A stretch of DNA of 64,000 nucleotides from a virus (Duplodnaviria > Caudoviricetes), in the IMG/VR virus record IMGVR_UViG_3300017716_001697, positions 192,001-256,000 of that record; one strand, written 5' to 3'. Every line of letters starts with the position of its first letter. Position 1 is the stretch's first letter. The notes beneath the pieces are model-generated. The model worked only from the letters and a program-made list of their open reading frames with translations, did not search any database and was not told the DNA's origin. Of the stretch, positions 33,741 to 42,350 are shown piece by piece. Both the position numbers and the translations under genes were made by a program.

Positions 33741-34063
33741 AACAAGAAACTGCTATAACCCGTGTGTGGGCTCTTATCAGCACACGAAAGTATGTTGAAG
33801 CTGATGCGCTGATGCGTAAGTATAGACGCAAGTTTGGTAATCGCAAATTCGATTATTGGATGCGTCTTAACATCTTAAATGGACTTTGGGAACTGGAGTG
33901 CGAAATGATACAAAAATATCCATCAGCGTATTACTGCCACATAGGCACTGAACACTACATGATGTGCGAAGGAATTCGTAGCAGACATGTGACAAAGGAA
34001 GAAGTGATTGGATTGTGCAAGAAATACAATGCAGAACATAATCTGCCGAATGTAACATTATGA
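33737..34063 (+). CDS. Hypothetical protein
   Basis: Overlap-coupled ORF. Confidence 0.65.
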   Translation: MKQETAITRVWALISTRKYVEADALMRKYRRKFGNRKFDYWMRLNILNGLWELECEMIQKYPSAYYCHIGTEHYMMCEGIRSRHVTKEEVIGLCKKYNAEHNLPNVTL

Positions 34064-34371
34064 ACTTCGTATTTGTTAGACTGTGTGATAACGACTTTCA
34101 GAGTCTTGCTGAAGCAACAGAATACGTCTGGAAGAACAAAGAGCATCCGCTTACTGAAGCAGAGTTTAAGCACTTTGTGGTAAACTATGTTGTGTTCCAG
34201 AATAGCGTAAGAAGAATTGGTAAAAACTTCATGAACAAGGACCATGAACACACACGCAAATATTTAGAAGGTCGCATCAAGGTCGAATACGTTGATATCA
34301 AACCAAACGTCGATCACGATGGTGGTAGCGTTATTCTGGATGTAAATACAGGATATACCTGGAGAACATAA
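34060..34371 (+). CDS. Hypothetical protein
   Basis: Overlap-coupled ORF. Confidence 0.65.
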   Translation: MNFVFVRLCDNDFQSLAEATEYVWKNKEHPLTEAEFKHFVVNYVVFQNSVRRIGKNFMNKDHEHTRKYLEGRIKVEYVDIKPNVDHDGGSVILDVNTGYTWRT

Positions 34372-35189
34372 TGGCGCAGCACGCACACTACTGGTCGTGT
34401 TCCACATTTGCAGATTGGCTGCGTGGTACACCAAAATTGAAGTCAGGAACAAGCAAACAGTGGTCTGAGTGGAAAAAGGCTGCACGTAAGGCGCATCCGC
34501 ATCGGTATTGGATGGCCGAAGAAGCATTGGGTAAGATTCAGGATGCAGTAACTTGGCCTGTGCGATCACTCTACGACATCAAATATTATTGCGTTAATAG
34601 ATGGGTTACCAAATCACATGCTCTTACTGCTCATTCAACAGACATTAAACCCGGCGCGTGGTGCGATCTGAGCAACAGATTCCTGTTCTGCATGTTCAAC
34701 GAGTTGGTTGACTTTGTAGAAATCGAGACTGCATGGAGTCACATTGCATGGGGCGACAAAGAGCTACGTGAAAAATATGACGCACCGTGGAATGCAACAG
34801 GATGGTTCCGCACACGTAAATGGCGTAGTGCCGAAGCTGGATTAGACCATCTCAAATGGGCAAGTGAACTAACGTGGCCAGAGGACAACACAGGCGAACC
34901 CACGTCCCAAGCACTCACTGCTATTAAAATTCGAATGCTGTATGATTGGTGGAAAAATGTTCGACCTGCCAGGCCTGATCCTTACGATGCAAGTGGATGG
35001 AGTGAAATTTGCGATGCACGCCGTGAGCGTGACGGTGATAGCATCTTCGGCGAAGATCGTTCAGACGAAGAGCGTGCCCAAAGTAAGGTAGCATTAGACA
35101 AGCTGCACGAAATCGAAGAGCGGTACGAAGACGAAGACGAAACTATGATGATCCAGCTTATTAAGATAAGAAAAGGATTGTGGACATAA
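34371..35189 (+). CDS. Trp-rich hypothetical phage protein
   Basis: 272 aa, HYWSCSTFADWLRG...LIKIRKGLWT. Confidence 0.8.
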   Translation: MAQHAHYWSCSTFADWLRGTPKLKSGTSKQWSEWKKAARKAHPHRYWMAEEALGKIQDAVTWPVRSLYDIKYYCVNRWVTKSHALTAHSTDIKPGAWCDLSNRFLFCMFNELVDFVEIETAWSHIAWGDKELREKYDAPWNATGWFRTRKWRSAEAGLDHLKWASELTWPEDNTGEPTSQALTAIKIRMLYDWWKNVRPARPDPYDASGWSEICDARRERDGDSIFGEDRSDEERAQSKVALDKLHEIEERYEDEDETMMIQLIKIRKGLWT

Positions 35190-35308
35190 TTAATTTCTGA
35201 AATGGGGATGCGCTGGATGTAATATGTCATCGGGCCCTACAAGTATGCCTTCGTGACCATTCAGTGGCTGGTTCAAGACCAGCGCAGGAATTTTAAAGGA
35301 TAAAATAT

Positions 35309-35509
35309 ATGGAAGATACAGTTCAAATAACTATTACCTCGTGTGATAAATGTCCACAGGTAGCAATTAGACGCCACTACACTGCTGATTCGTTTGAGCA
35401 TGTTATGGCATGGGAGTGTAGGAAAAGCGACATGAAGCACATCACATTCAACGAGTGGAATGATCCAAAACCGCCTATACCGAAGTGGTGTTTGCTTCGT
35501 AAGGGTTAA
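35309..35509 (+). CDS. Small Cys-containing protein
   Basis: SCDKCP...WEC...IPKWCLL. Confidence 0.65.
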   Translation: MEDTVQITITSCDKCPQVAIRRHYTADSFEHVMAWECRKSDMKHITFNEWNDPKPPIPKWCLLRKG

Positions 35510-35511
35510 GA

Positions 35512-35850
35512 ATGGGAGTATCTACAAATTTTTACACAATATACGGAGTACGCACTGAGTGGGACAGCGATTTCTCAGAGGCGTATGACGAAGTATACAA
35601 AGATCCCGATGTACCATTTGTGTTGATGGATAGCATGGGTGGCGAATATTTTATATTTGGTATTGTGTTATTCAACTCTGGCGATATGCGCTGGGGATTC
35701 GAAAATGGTGATGCATTCAAAGAAATTGATTTAGGCGCGCTATCGGGATTAGAAACAGAATATCGTCAGAAATTTATTCCTAAATTTCCGCAATTTGCAT
35801 CATTGATTGACCAACCATTTAAACTAATGACTCTTGCCCATTACGGATGA
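35512..35850 (+). CDS. Hypothetical protein
   Basis: MGVSTNFYTIYG...LAHYG. Confidence 0.7.
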   Translation: MGVSTNFYTIYGVRTEWDSDFSEAYDEVYKDPDVPFVLMDSMGGEYFIFGIVLFNSGDMRWGFENGDAFKEIDLGALSGLETEYRQKFIPKFPQFASLIDQPFKLMTLAHYG

Positions 35851-35860
35851 ATTCATCCGA

Positions 35861-35889
35861 TTTACAAGCTGTATAAATAGCATTATAAT
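35861..35889 (+). promoter_or_regulatory. Composite promoter: sigma70 with an embedded T4-late box
   Basis: TTTACA-N17-TATAAT with TATAAATA at 35872..35879. Confidence 0.65.
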
Positions 35890-35894
35890 TAGAT

Positions 35895-36068
35895 ATGAAC
35901 AAAAGAGGACGGCGAGAAGCATTGATGGAAAGGCGGCGAGGCCCTAAGCCACTAAAGACTCGCGAACAATGGATAGCAGAAATGCAAGAACAGTGGAATC
36001 AGATAAAGGAATATAAAGAAATAAATCCCGAAAGTGTAAGGATTGCTAAAGAATTAGGTTTGAAGTAA
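35895..36068 (+). CDS. 57-aa basic protein directly upstream of the ribozyme (absent from ORF track)
   Basis: MNKRGRREALMERRRGPKP...; stop 2 nt before hammerhead stem I. Confidence 0.55.
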   Translation: MNKRGRREALMERRRGPKPLKTREQWIAEMQEQWNQIKEYKEINPESVRIAKELGLK

Positions 36069-36070
36069 AT

Positions 36071-36228
36071 CACAACTGATGAGCCTGTAAGGGCGAAATC
36101 ACAGAACTTGTAGAACTGTTTGGGAACCTTTTAACTCGGTGTATACAACATCCGAAAGGATGCCCGTAAGGAAACGAAGGGAACTGCCTGAGACTAGGAT
36201 ATAGGACTTCTCGTTCTGTGATATTGTG
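36071..36228 (+). ncRNA. Type I hammerhead ribozyme with ~105-nt insertion in loop III
   Basis: Stem I CACAA/TTGTG, core CTGATGA, stem II GCC-TGTAAG-GGC, GAAA, 10-bp stem III ATCACAGAAC/GTTCTGTGAT, cleavage triplet AUA (cut 36223/36224). Confidence 0.88.
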
Positions 36229-36510
36229 TTAGAAAGGTTGATCCACTGGCTTTCACTGCCCACTGGCTTGCTGCTTAAAATTGGCCGCCATGGATTTGTA
36301 CTAAGGATCAAAGGTAACTTGCGCTCATCCAAACGCAGAAGGAGATATATCCAAAGGATCTTTAACCAACTCTAATAGACGATGATAGTAGGGCAAAATA
36401 TTAACGCCCGAGCCACTTACTCGTACCGATAGCCGGGGTGTAATGCATATAGATTATAAATGTAGTATAGATAGAGTTAGGAAGGTAGTAATACTGAAAC
36501 TAACAGGAGT
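36229..36510 (+). ncRNA. Structured RNA downstream of the hammerhead
   Basis: No plausible ORF; stems GGTT-GATCC/GGATC-AACC, AACTCTA/TAGAGTT, GGGC/GCCC, CGAG/CTCG; repeat CCACTGGCTT x2. Confidence 0.55.
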
Positions 36511-36538
36511 AAGCCCATGTAACAGTGGGCTTTCTTTT
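36511..36538 (+). terminator. Intrinsic terminator
   Basis: AAGCCCA/TGGGCTT stem plus T tract. Confidence 0.8.
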
Positions 36539-36553
36539 GACTTAAAATAGCAG

Positions 36554-36582
36554 TTGACAAGATTGACAAACTACGTTACAAT
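36554..36582 (+). promoter_or_regulatory. sigma70-type early promoter
   Basis: TTGACA-N17-TACAAT. Confidence 0.75.
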
Positions 36583-36604
36583 ATAAGCATACAAAGGAGA
36601 TAGT

Positions 36605-36940
36605 ATGAACAATTCTGTAAAAGGCTGGTTGGGTGGTGTGGGTTTTATCGCAACAGGTATTGCCGTTGTGTTCGGTATGGCGTATGGCAGTTTCGCACTG
36701 TATTCATACTTCAATCCAAAGTACACCGCCGTGAATAACCAAACATTCAAGGAATCGCAACAGTACAACGACGGTATGGTTCGTGATCTGGAAAACCTGC
36801 AGATGGAATACATCAATGGCGACCAGGGTAAGAAAGACGCTATACGTGCCATTGTGTTGCATCGCTTCTCCGTCTACCCAATGGACAAGATGCCTATCAA
36901 TCTCCGCAATTTTTACAACTCTCTTAAGTCTGGAAACTAA
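36605..36940 (+). CDS. Single-pass membrane protein
   Basis: RBS AAGGAG, TM helix, ESQQYNDG. Confidence 0.8.
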   Translation: MNNSVKGWLGGVGFIATGIAVVFGMAYGSFALYSYFNPKYTAVNNQTFKESQQYNDGMVRDLENLQMEYINGDQGKKDAIRAIVLHRFSVYPMDKMPINLRNFYNSLKSGN

Positions 36941-36942
36941 AA

Positions 36943-37407
36943 ATGAAATACACACTAATCCTTGCTATTCTCTCTGTTGCAGCATTGTCTGCTTGCAATG
37001 AAACGAGCACTGAAATTCAGCAGCGACAACAAGAACAAGTCAGTCTGCAAGGAGCTCAATCGGTTGGCATGCCGGCTATCACAAATTTTGCTGAAAAGCG
37101 GATGATGAAGGACATCATCGAGATGCGTGACCAGAGCGTTGCTACCATTACTTATATCGTTGGCATGAACAATGAATATAAGAAACTGTGCAACAGTGTT
37201 GGTTTTGGTCTTCCGTATGCTACGCAATACACGAACCCAATGCGGTCACAGCAATACGGACCGATTCCACAGGCTGATCCAAATGGTTTGTTTAGCCCAT
37301 CTTCGGCTGAAGGTACATGGATTCTGTGTGTGAATCCGGAGACAAAGAAAGCGGTCCCAATCTATGTGGAACCACGTGTCATCATTAGTCAATTCGAACT
37401 GAAGTGA
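36943..37407 (+). CDS. Lipoprotein
   Basis: Lipobox LSAC; SVGFGLPYATQYTNP, PQADPNGLF, VEP motifs. Confidence 0.8.
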   Translation: MKYTLILAILSVAALSACNETSTEIQQRQQEQVSLQGAQSVGMPAITNFAEKRMMKDIIEMRDQSVATITYIVGMNNEYKKLCNSVGFGLPYATQYTNPMRSQQYGPIPQADPNGLFSPSSAEGTWILCVNPETKKAVPIYVEPRVIISQFELK

Positions 37408-37414
37408 GTTTAGC

Positions 37415-37870
37415 ATGAAAAAGGGCGAAGAACTTTCCACAATGATCTTGTTGGCCGTAAATGGTCACTCGGGTCAATTTGATAGGGGCGGTAATCCATA
37501 CATCTTGCATACACTGAAAGTGATGCATTATCTGAAATCAGACGACGAAGCATTGCAGGCAATGGCTGTAGGGCATGACCTTATCGAAGATACAAAAACG
37601 ACATACAAAGATCTCCGTGACGCAGGAATTAGCGAGCGTGTAATCGACGGTATCCGTGCACTGACTAAAGTGCCTGGTCAGACTCTGGAAGAATACAAGG
37701 AAGCTGTATTCGCTAATGTTGATGCGATGCGTGTGAAACTAGCTGACCTGCGTCACAACAGTGACATTAGACGCCTCAAAGGTGTCACTGAAAAAGACAT
37801 CGCAAGGATTGCAAAATATATGCAATTCTATACTGAAATTCAGGCAAGGCTTGACCAACCGAAAGGCTAA
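37415..37870 (+). CDS. HD-domain (p)ppGpp hydrolase-like protein (small alarmone hydrolase/Mesh1-like)
   Basis: H.GQFDRGG.PYILH, GHDLIEDT, VKLADLRHNSD. Confidence 0.85.
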   Translation: MKKGEELSTMILLAVNGHSGQFDRGGNPYILHTLKVMHYLKSDDEALQAMAVGHDLIEDTKTTYKDLRDAGISERVIDGIRALTKVPGQTLEEYKEAVFANVDAMRVKLADLRHNSDIRRLKGVTEKDIARIAKYMQFYTEIQARLDQPKG

Positions 37871-37871
37871 C

Positions 37872-38303
37872 ATGAAAGTGCATATTGAAGCTAACACAAA
37901 CGGTAAAGGTGCGCATTCAGAAGAAGCCCGCAAAGTCCTAATCACAGAAGTTAAGATCGGATATTCAAACCAAGAGTATTATCCGGAATCTGACTTTGCT
38001 GGCGAATTGCGTGCGTATTTTGACCCCACAGGATTGTCGCCCGGTGCGTGGAATGTGGATGCATATGGGTTCATCTGCACCGACAAGCAATGGTTGAGAG
38101 AATTCAAGGGTGGATTGCGAGCACTGGGAATCAGTATCAAGGGTGCGCAAAATATCAAATACGGCGAACAGAGCCTCCAGCGCCACAATTATGTGTCAAT
38201 GGATATCGGGCCTGTGTTTTATGCATCGTGGAAACGGGTTAACAGGGAAAAGGCAAAAGAAGATGAAATCAACTCTGCTCTATCTTCTATCACTGCCGGG
38301 TAG
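37872..38303 (+). CDS. Hypothetical protein
   Basis: GELRAYF...GFICTDKQW...YGEQSLQ...YVSMD. Confidence 0.7.
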   Translation: MKVHIEANTNGKGAHSEEARKVLITEVKIGYSNQEYYPESDFAGELRAYFDPTGLSPGAWNVDAYGFICTDKQWLREFKGGLRALGISIKGAQNIKYGEQSLQRHNYVSMDIGPVFYASWKRVNREKAKEDEINSALSSITAG

Positions 38304-38481
38304 GCTTATTGGCCTTGCGGTAGTGTTATGTATCATGTGTTATTATATGGTTAAGCACATGAGACACAACAAACGAACCATAGGAGTATATTGGAATGAT
38401 ATCGACTAAAGTAGTGTTATTAGTATGCCTTGTGGTGTTCGTTGGACTGATCCTGGTTTACGCATATCACCACATCAATAA

Positions 38482-38772
38482 ATGAATAATTTAAAATTGG
38501 TGCAGCAGGTAAACGAAGCGGTATACGGGACACATAACTATCGCTTCTTTACAGACGAAACTGGCAGCACATATGTGAAACGTACACCAAATAACGATGG
38601 CCCTATTCTGTGGAATCATGGTGTCATTGTCGAATCAATTAGCGTCGAGGAAGACGACTTCGACTGTATGATTCGGTGCGGAATGTTGCGCAAATGGTCT
38701 ACGTTGCAAGAGGCAATTACTTTCGTTGAGGGCAGGTTCTATGCCAGTTACGAATGTAAAGACGGCCTGTAA
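38482..38772 (+). CDS. Hypothetical protein
   Basis: 96-aa ORF. Confidence 0.6.
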   Translation: MNNLKLVQQVNEAVYGTHNYRFFTDETGSTYVKRTPNNDGPILWNHGVIVESISVEEDDFDCMIRCGMLRKWSTLQEAITFVEGRFYASYECKDGL

Positions 38773-38784
38773 TTCACAAAGTTG

Positions 38785-38830
38785 TTGACATATAGTGCAT
38801 CCTGCGTTATAATAAACACATGGCAACAAA
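38785..38830 (+). promoter_or_regulatory. Repeated promoter cassette, copy 1
   Basis: TTGACA-TATAGTGCATCCTGCGT-TATAAT-AAACACATGGCAA. Confidence 0.85.
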
Positions 38831-38838
38831 GGATCATC

Positions 38839-39147
38839 ATGAAGACATCAGAAATATTCCGTAAGGCAAAGAAACTTGTGACATATAAACCCGATAATGT
38901 CCATCGCAGATACATCTGCTTCGGCATTGAGGATTCGGATATTTCGTACAAAGATTCAGATAGGGCAAGGAAAATTATTAATCAGCGGCTTGGCCGTGGT
39001 TGCAACTCGCTGGAAGAGTGGCTGAATAAGAAAGGGTATGCACCCAGGCATTTTGGATTAACTAGGGCACATCGTATCAAAATGCAGAAGACACGGCATG
39101 CATGGTTGGATTCATTAATCAAAGAATTCGAAGCAAAAGGGGATTGA
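38839..39147 (+). CDS. Hypothetical protein
   Basis: MKTSEIFRKAK...YIC...RHAWLDSLIKEF. Confidence 0.75.
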   Translation: MKTSEIFRKAKKLVTYKPDNVHRRYICFGIEDSDISYKDSDRARKIINQRLGRGCNSLEEWLNKKGYAPRHFGLTRAHRIKMQKTRHAWLDSLIKEFEAKGD

Positions 39148-39148
39148 T

Positions 39149-39562
39149 ATGCATCCACTATTTCAAGAATGGAAAGACGCAGTCAACATACTATCGCTTG
39201 TTGAAATTGATCTTGAGAATGCAATCAGGGCACAATTTGCAGTAGAGAAGATGGCGTTCTTTGAAGTGTTCGGTAAAGACACTACACGTCGTGGCGCAGA
39301 ACTGTACGACGATCGACATATCAATTATTACGATATTGATGATGACGGTTGTCTGGAAGCGTGGATTTACGGATCGTATGGTGGCGAAAACTATATGAAG
39401 TGGGAGCGCAGCTTAATTGACAAGACAGGTGATGAACTGTATTACCACTTTATCAGCGTGTTCACAACGCTCAAAGAACATGAAGAAAACGAAGCTCGTA
39501 AATCAAAAGATGCTAAACGGGCACAACTGATAGCAGAACTTGCTGAACTCGATAAAGTATAA
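39149..39562 (+). CDS. Hypothetical protein
   Basis: Coupled ORF with a coiled-coil tail. Confidence 0.7.
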   Translation: MHPLFQEWKDAVNILSLVEIDLENAIRAQFAVEKMAFFEVFGKDTTRRGAELYDDRHINYYDIDDDGCLEAWIYGSYGGENYMKWERSLIDKTGDELYYHFISVFTTLKEHEENEARKSKDAKRAQLIAELAELDKV

Positions 39563-39712
39563 CATGACGAACAACGAATTACTGGCAGTCACATCTAAAC
39601 TCGCGTACGAGTGGGTGAAAACTGGTCATTGGAATTATGTGCAGTTTAGGCTATGGCTCGACGCAAAAATGGAAGAATGCGCTGAGCAAGCCTGGGCGCA
39701 AAGGGAATAATC

Positions 39713-40090
39713 ATGAAACCAATAAACGTATTCCCGCGTCGTATCTATGCTCGACAAATGCCGGGTTGGGTAGATTCCCCAAATCTTGCAAAGACAGTTT
39801 GGCTACGGATAAAAACAGGTTTAATCTGGTATGCTGTTGACTACGAAATCCTTTCACCAACATCTATCAGACTGTTTGTTTATGACATGGCTGATAGCTG
39901 CCACGGTGGCATTGGTAAGCAAATTTACACAACGGTGGTTACTGACCTGGAACCTGCTGAACAGGCTATGCTCGATGCTGTTGTGTTGCAAATTTATCAC
40001 GATGCTGCAGAACGAGTGATAAATGAACGCGCAGCGGCAAAATACGAAAAAGAAATTAGCAAAGTTCGAAAAGAACTATTTGGGGTATAA
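39713..40090 (+). CDS. Hypothetical protein
   Basis: 125-aa ORF. Confidence 0.7.
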   Translation: MKPINVFPRRIYARQMPGWVDSPNLAKTVWLRIKTGLIWYAVDYEILSPTSIRLFVYDMADSCHGGIGKQIYTTVVTDLEPAEQAMLDAVVLQIYHDAAERVINERAAAKYEKEISKVRKELFGV

Positions 40091-40243
40091 ACATGAATTT
40101 TAGTTTTCGTGGTCGTCTAATCTTTATATCTTGTTTCACATCATTATTTTTCGGCCTATGGATGTCTAGCATATGGGCAGGATTCTTTATGATGGAACTA
40201 CTGTTGTTTGTTGCCGCCTGTTTAGATTACATGAAAGCCACGA

Positions 40244-40498
40244 ATGATTAAAGTGTCAATGATCAAGGTCATTCAAATCCGCCATACTTACATATATGAT
40301 GGTAAGGAACAAGGCTACAATAATAAATTTCAGAGACCTGGTGCCGCTGCCAAAGATTGGGCAACGTGGAAACGGGTTGAATGGGATCGTAGGTTCTTCG
40401 AGATAACATCCCGGAATCCTACTTCTGCCGAATCAAGGAGACAAGAAGCCCGCTATTACAACAAATCACTACCAATTTTTAAAAGGATGCTAGCATGA
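40244..40498 (+). CDS. Hypothetical protein
   Basis: Basic 84-aa ORF. Confidence 0.6.
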   Translation: MIKVSMIKVIQIRHTYIYDGKEQGYNNKFQRPGAAAKDWATWKRVEWDRRFFEITSRNPTSAESRRQEARYYNKSLPIFKRMLA

Positions 40499-40761
40499 GT
40501 ACGTCGAAGACAAAATATATCATTGTGGACAGCTTCGGTGTACAGCTACCGGTTGTATTTCCTGAATTAATGGTCCACCAGGAGGTTGCCCAGGCGCTGG
40601 GTTTCGGCGACCGGGTGGTGGGCGCTGGCTTCTGTGAAGTAGGTGCAAATCACGATGGTACCGCCGATTACAACTGCTTCGGCGAAAGCATATCACTCCG
40701 CGTAATGAGCAGGCGCAGGCAGGATGCAGAGATTCTAAATAAATGGTGCAGAGGCTATTAA
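40495..40761 (+). CDS. Hypothetical phage protein
   Basis: YII...LPVVFP...H...VVGAGF. Confidence 0.7.
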   Translation: MSTSKTKYIIVDSFGVQLPVVFPELMVHQEVAQALGFGDRVVGAGFCEVGANHDGTADYNCFGESISLRVMSRRRQDAEILNKWCRGY

Positions 40762-40765
40762 GTTG

Positions 40766-40820
40766 TTGACATAGGACCCAACCTGCGCTATAATTAACAC
40801 ATAGCAAGCAACAAGGAGCA
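40766..40820 (+). promoter_or_regulatory. Repeated promoter cassette, copy 2
   Basis: TTGACA-N17(..CCTGCGC)-TATAAT-TAACACATAGCAA..CAAGGAG. Confidence 0.85.
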
Positions 40821-40824
40821 TACA

Positions 40825-41142
40825 ATGTCTTATGTAATCGTAAATGTTGATACAAATAAAGCGTTTAGTCTGAGATCATATCCTAAGAATGTGTATCCGA
40901 CCGAGCGTGGTGCCAAGGGTATGTGTACACGTCTGAATACAACAGTGTCAATGGATCATGCCACTGGTGAAAAACTCAGGATGTATACCGAGCAATGGAA
41001 AGTAATGCCATTGGCAGAATATAACGCAATACCTGTCAAGATGGTTGAACGCATTAACATGATGTCTGGCTTGCCGTATATGGAAGCGGAAGACACTCCG
41101 AACTACTGCTCGCCTGCTTCCGAAACGTACTGGAGCACATGA
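40825..41142 (+). CDS. Hypothetical phage protein
   Basis: Ends VERINMMSG..YME..DTPNYCSPASETYWST. Confidence 0.8.
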   Translation: MSYVIVNVDTNKAFSLRSYPKNVYPTERGAKGMCTRLNTTVSMDHATGEKLRMYTEQWKVMPLAEYNAIPVKMVERINMMSGLPYMEAEDTPNYCSPASETYWST

Positions 41143-41360
41143 TGGCTACAAAGTATTTCTGGAAAAAAGCAAAAGGCCTGAATGCCGACCTTGAACGGCA
41201 CCGTGCTGAAGAGTTCAAGTTAACCACGAAGATTGCAGAACTTGAGGCAGGAGAGCAAACCGAGTGGACTGATGGGTATCTACGAACCTATCGTAACTTT
41301 CTCTACCAGCTTGAGCTAAGTAAGGTAGGAGTTGTAACATTGATTGGAAAGAAGAAATGA
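41139..41360 (+). CDS. Hypothetical protein
   Basis: Coupled ORF. Confidence 0.65.
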   Translation: MMATKYFWKKAKGLNADLERHRAEEFKLTTKIAELEAGEQTEWTDGYLRTYRNFLYQLELSKVGVVTLIGKKK

Positions 41361-41545
41361 ATACTGCGGTAATTGTATGGATCATGATGGTGCAGACAAG
41401 CGGTGGGGCGTGGATCCCTACACTGGAATTTAAGACTGATGCGAAGTGTAATGCCGCCGTTAAAGTCATTTCTGATTTTGGCGACACACATAAATTGTTA
41501 GGTCGCAAGCCGTCTGTTCCTGTTTGCATCAAAATCGAAAAGTAA
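41357..41545 (+). CDS. Family E small exported/membrane protein
   Basis: Hydrophobic N-term, GG, FxT.xKC..A, C-terminal C. Confidence 0.7.
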   Translation: MNTAVIVWIMMVQTSGGAWIPTLEFKTDAKCNAAVKVISDFGDTHKLLGRKPSVPVCIKIEK

Positions 41546-41551
41546 ATCACA

Positions 41552-41962
41552 ATGGATACAGCATTGCAATCGAAGGTAGCGGCTATTGCTAAACGAGTGC
41601 GAATTTGGACAACGGATCGCGCTAAGAAAGCAAACTATAACCCACGCGACTTAACCGGTTGGTGCGCTATCTCTGCTGCATACTTGTTTCGTGAATTGCA
41701 GAAGGAAGGAATTAAGTCTGCAATTCACGTAAAGGATTACTACAACTGCCACTGTTTCGTTGTAGTGGATGATCATGTAGTGGATGTTACCGCAACTCAG
41801 TTTGCTGAATTTAGAAACAAGCCTATTGTGATTATGCACATCAAGGAAGCCGAAGCGTATAGTTTCTACACAACTGAAAAAGTATTTAAGTTACCTGATG
41901 AGCTTCGTGCACATCAGCTTCGTACCAAATGGCCTAAACGCCAAATTGCTGACACAAGGTGA
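41552..41962 (+). CDS. Transglutaminase/papain-like Cys-His-Asp protein
   Basis: GWCAISA...HCFVVVDDHVVDVTATQF. Confidence 0.55.
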   Translation: MDTALQSKVAAIAKRVRIWTTDRAKKANYNPRDLTGWCAISAAYLFRELQKEGIKSAIHVKDYYNCHCFVVVDDHVVDVTATQFAEFRNKPIVIMHIKEAEAYSFYTTEKVFKLPDELRAHQLRTKWPKRQIADTR

Positions 41963-41963
41963 T

Positions 41964-42191
41964 ATGCCGGGCACATATATGGTGGATATGAGCAGCGACG
42001 ATGGGCTGCTATGTGGTGACATCGAGTGTGTGGCGACATCTATATCCATAAGTTATATAGTCCGGTTGTATAAGACTAGACCACAGTGGAACACTATCGA
42101 TATTAAGGTATTCGGTAATGGTGTAGACGCGGAGGACTTTCTGATAGCCAAACTGGAATGCCCTTTATTTACTTTGTTAGGACGAATATGA
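41964..42191 (+). CDS. Small protein (CPLFTLL pair)
   Basis: Ends LECPLFTLL. Confidence 0.65.
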   Translation: MPGTYMVDMSSDDGLLCGDIECVATSISISYIVRLYKTRPQWNTIDIKVFGNGVDAEDFLIAKLECPLFTLLGRI

Positions 42192-42350
42192 TATTCTGGA
42201 TTTTGCTTTACCTGGTATATGCTGTTGTGCAGGCTGCGTGGGTCGCTGCGCATAGCGACGAATTCACGTTTGAAGCATCGCTGACTACAGTTGTGATCGC
42301 AGCACCGCTATACACAGTCCTGATCATCATTAGATACTTCAAAAAATAAT

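Noticed and set aside
36108-36510. Second ribozyme (twister, pistol or another hammerhead) or group I intron near the hammerhead
   Set aside because: Fragments such as GAGACTA, GAAAC and CGATGA occur, but the required cores and pairings could not be assembled.
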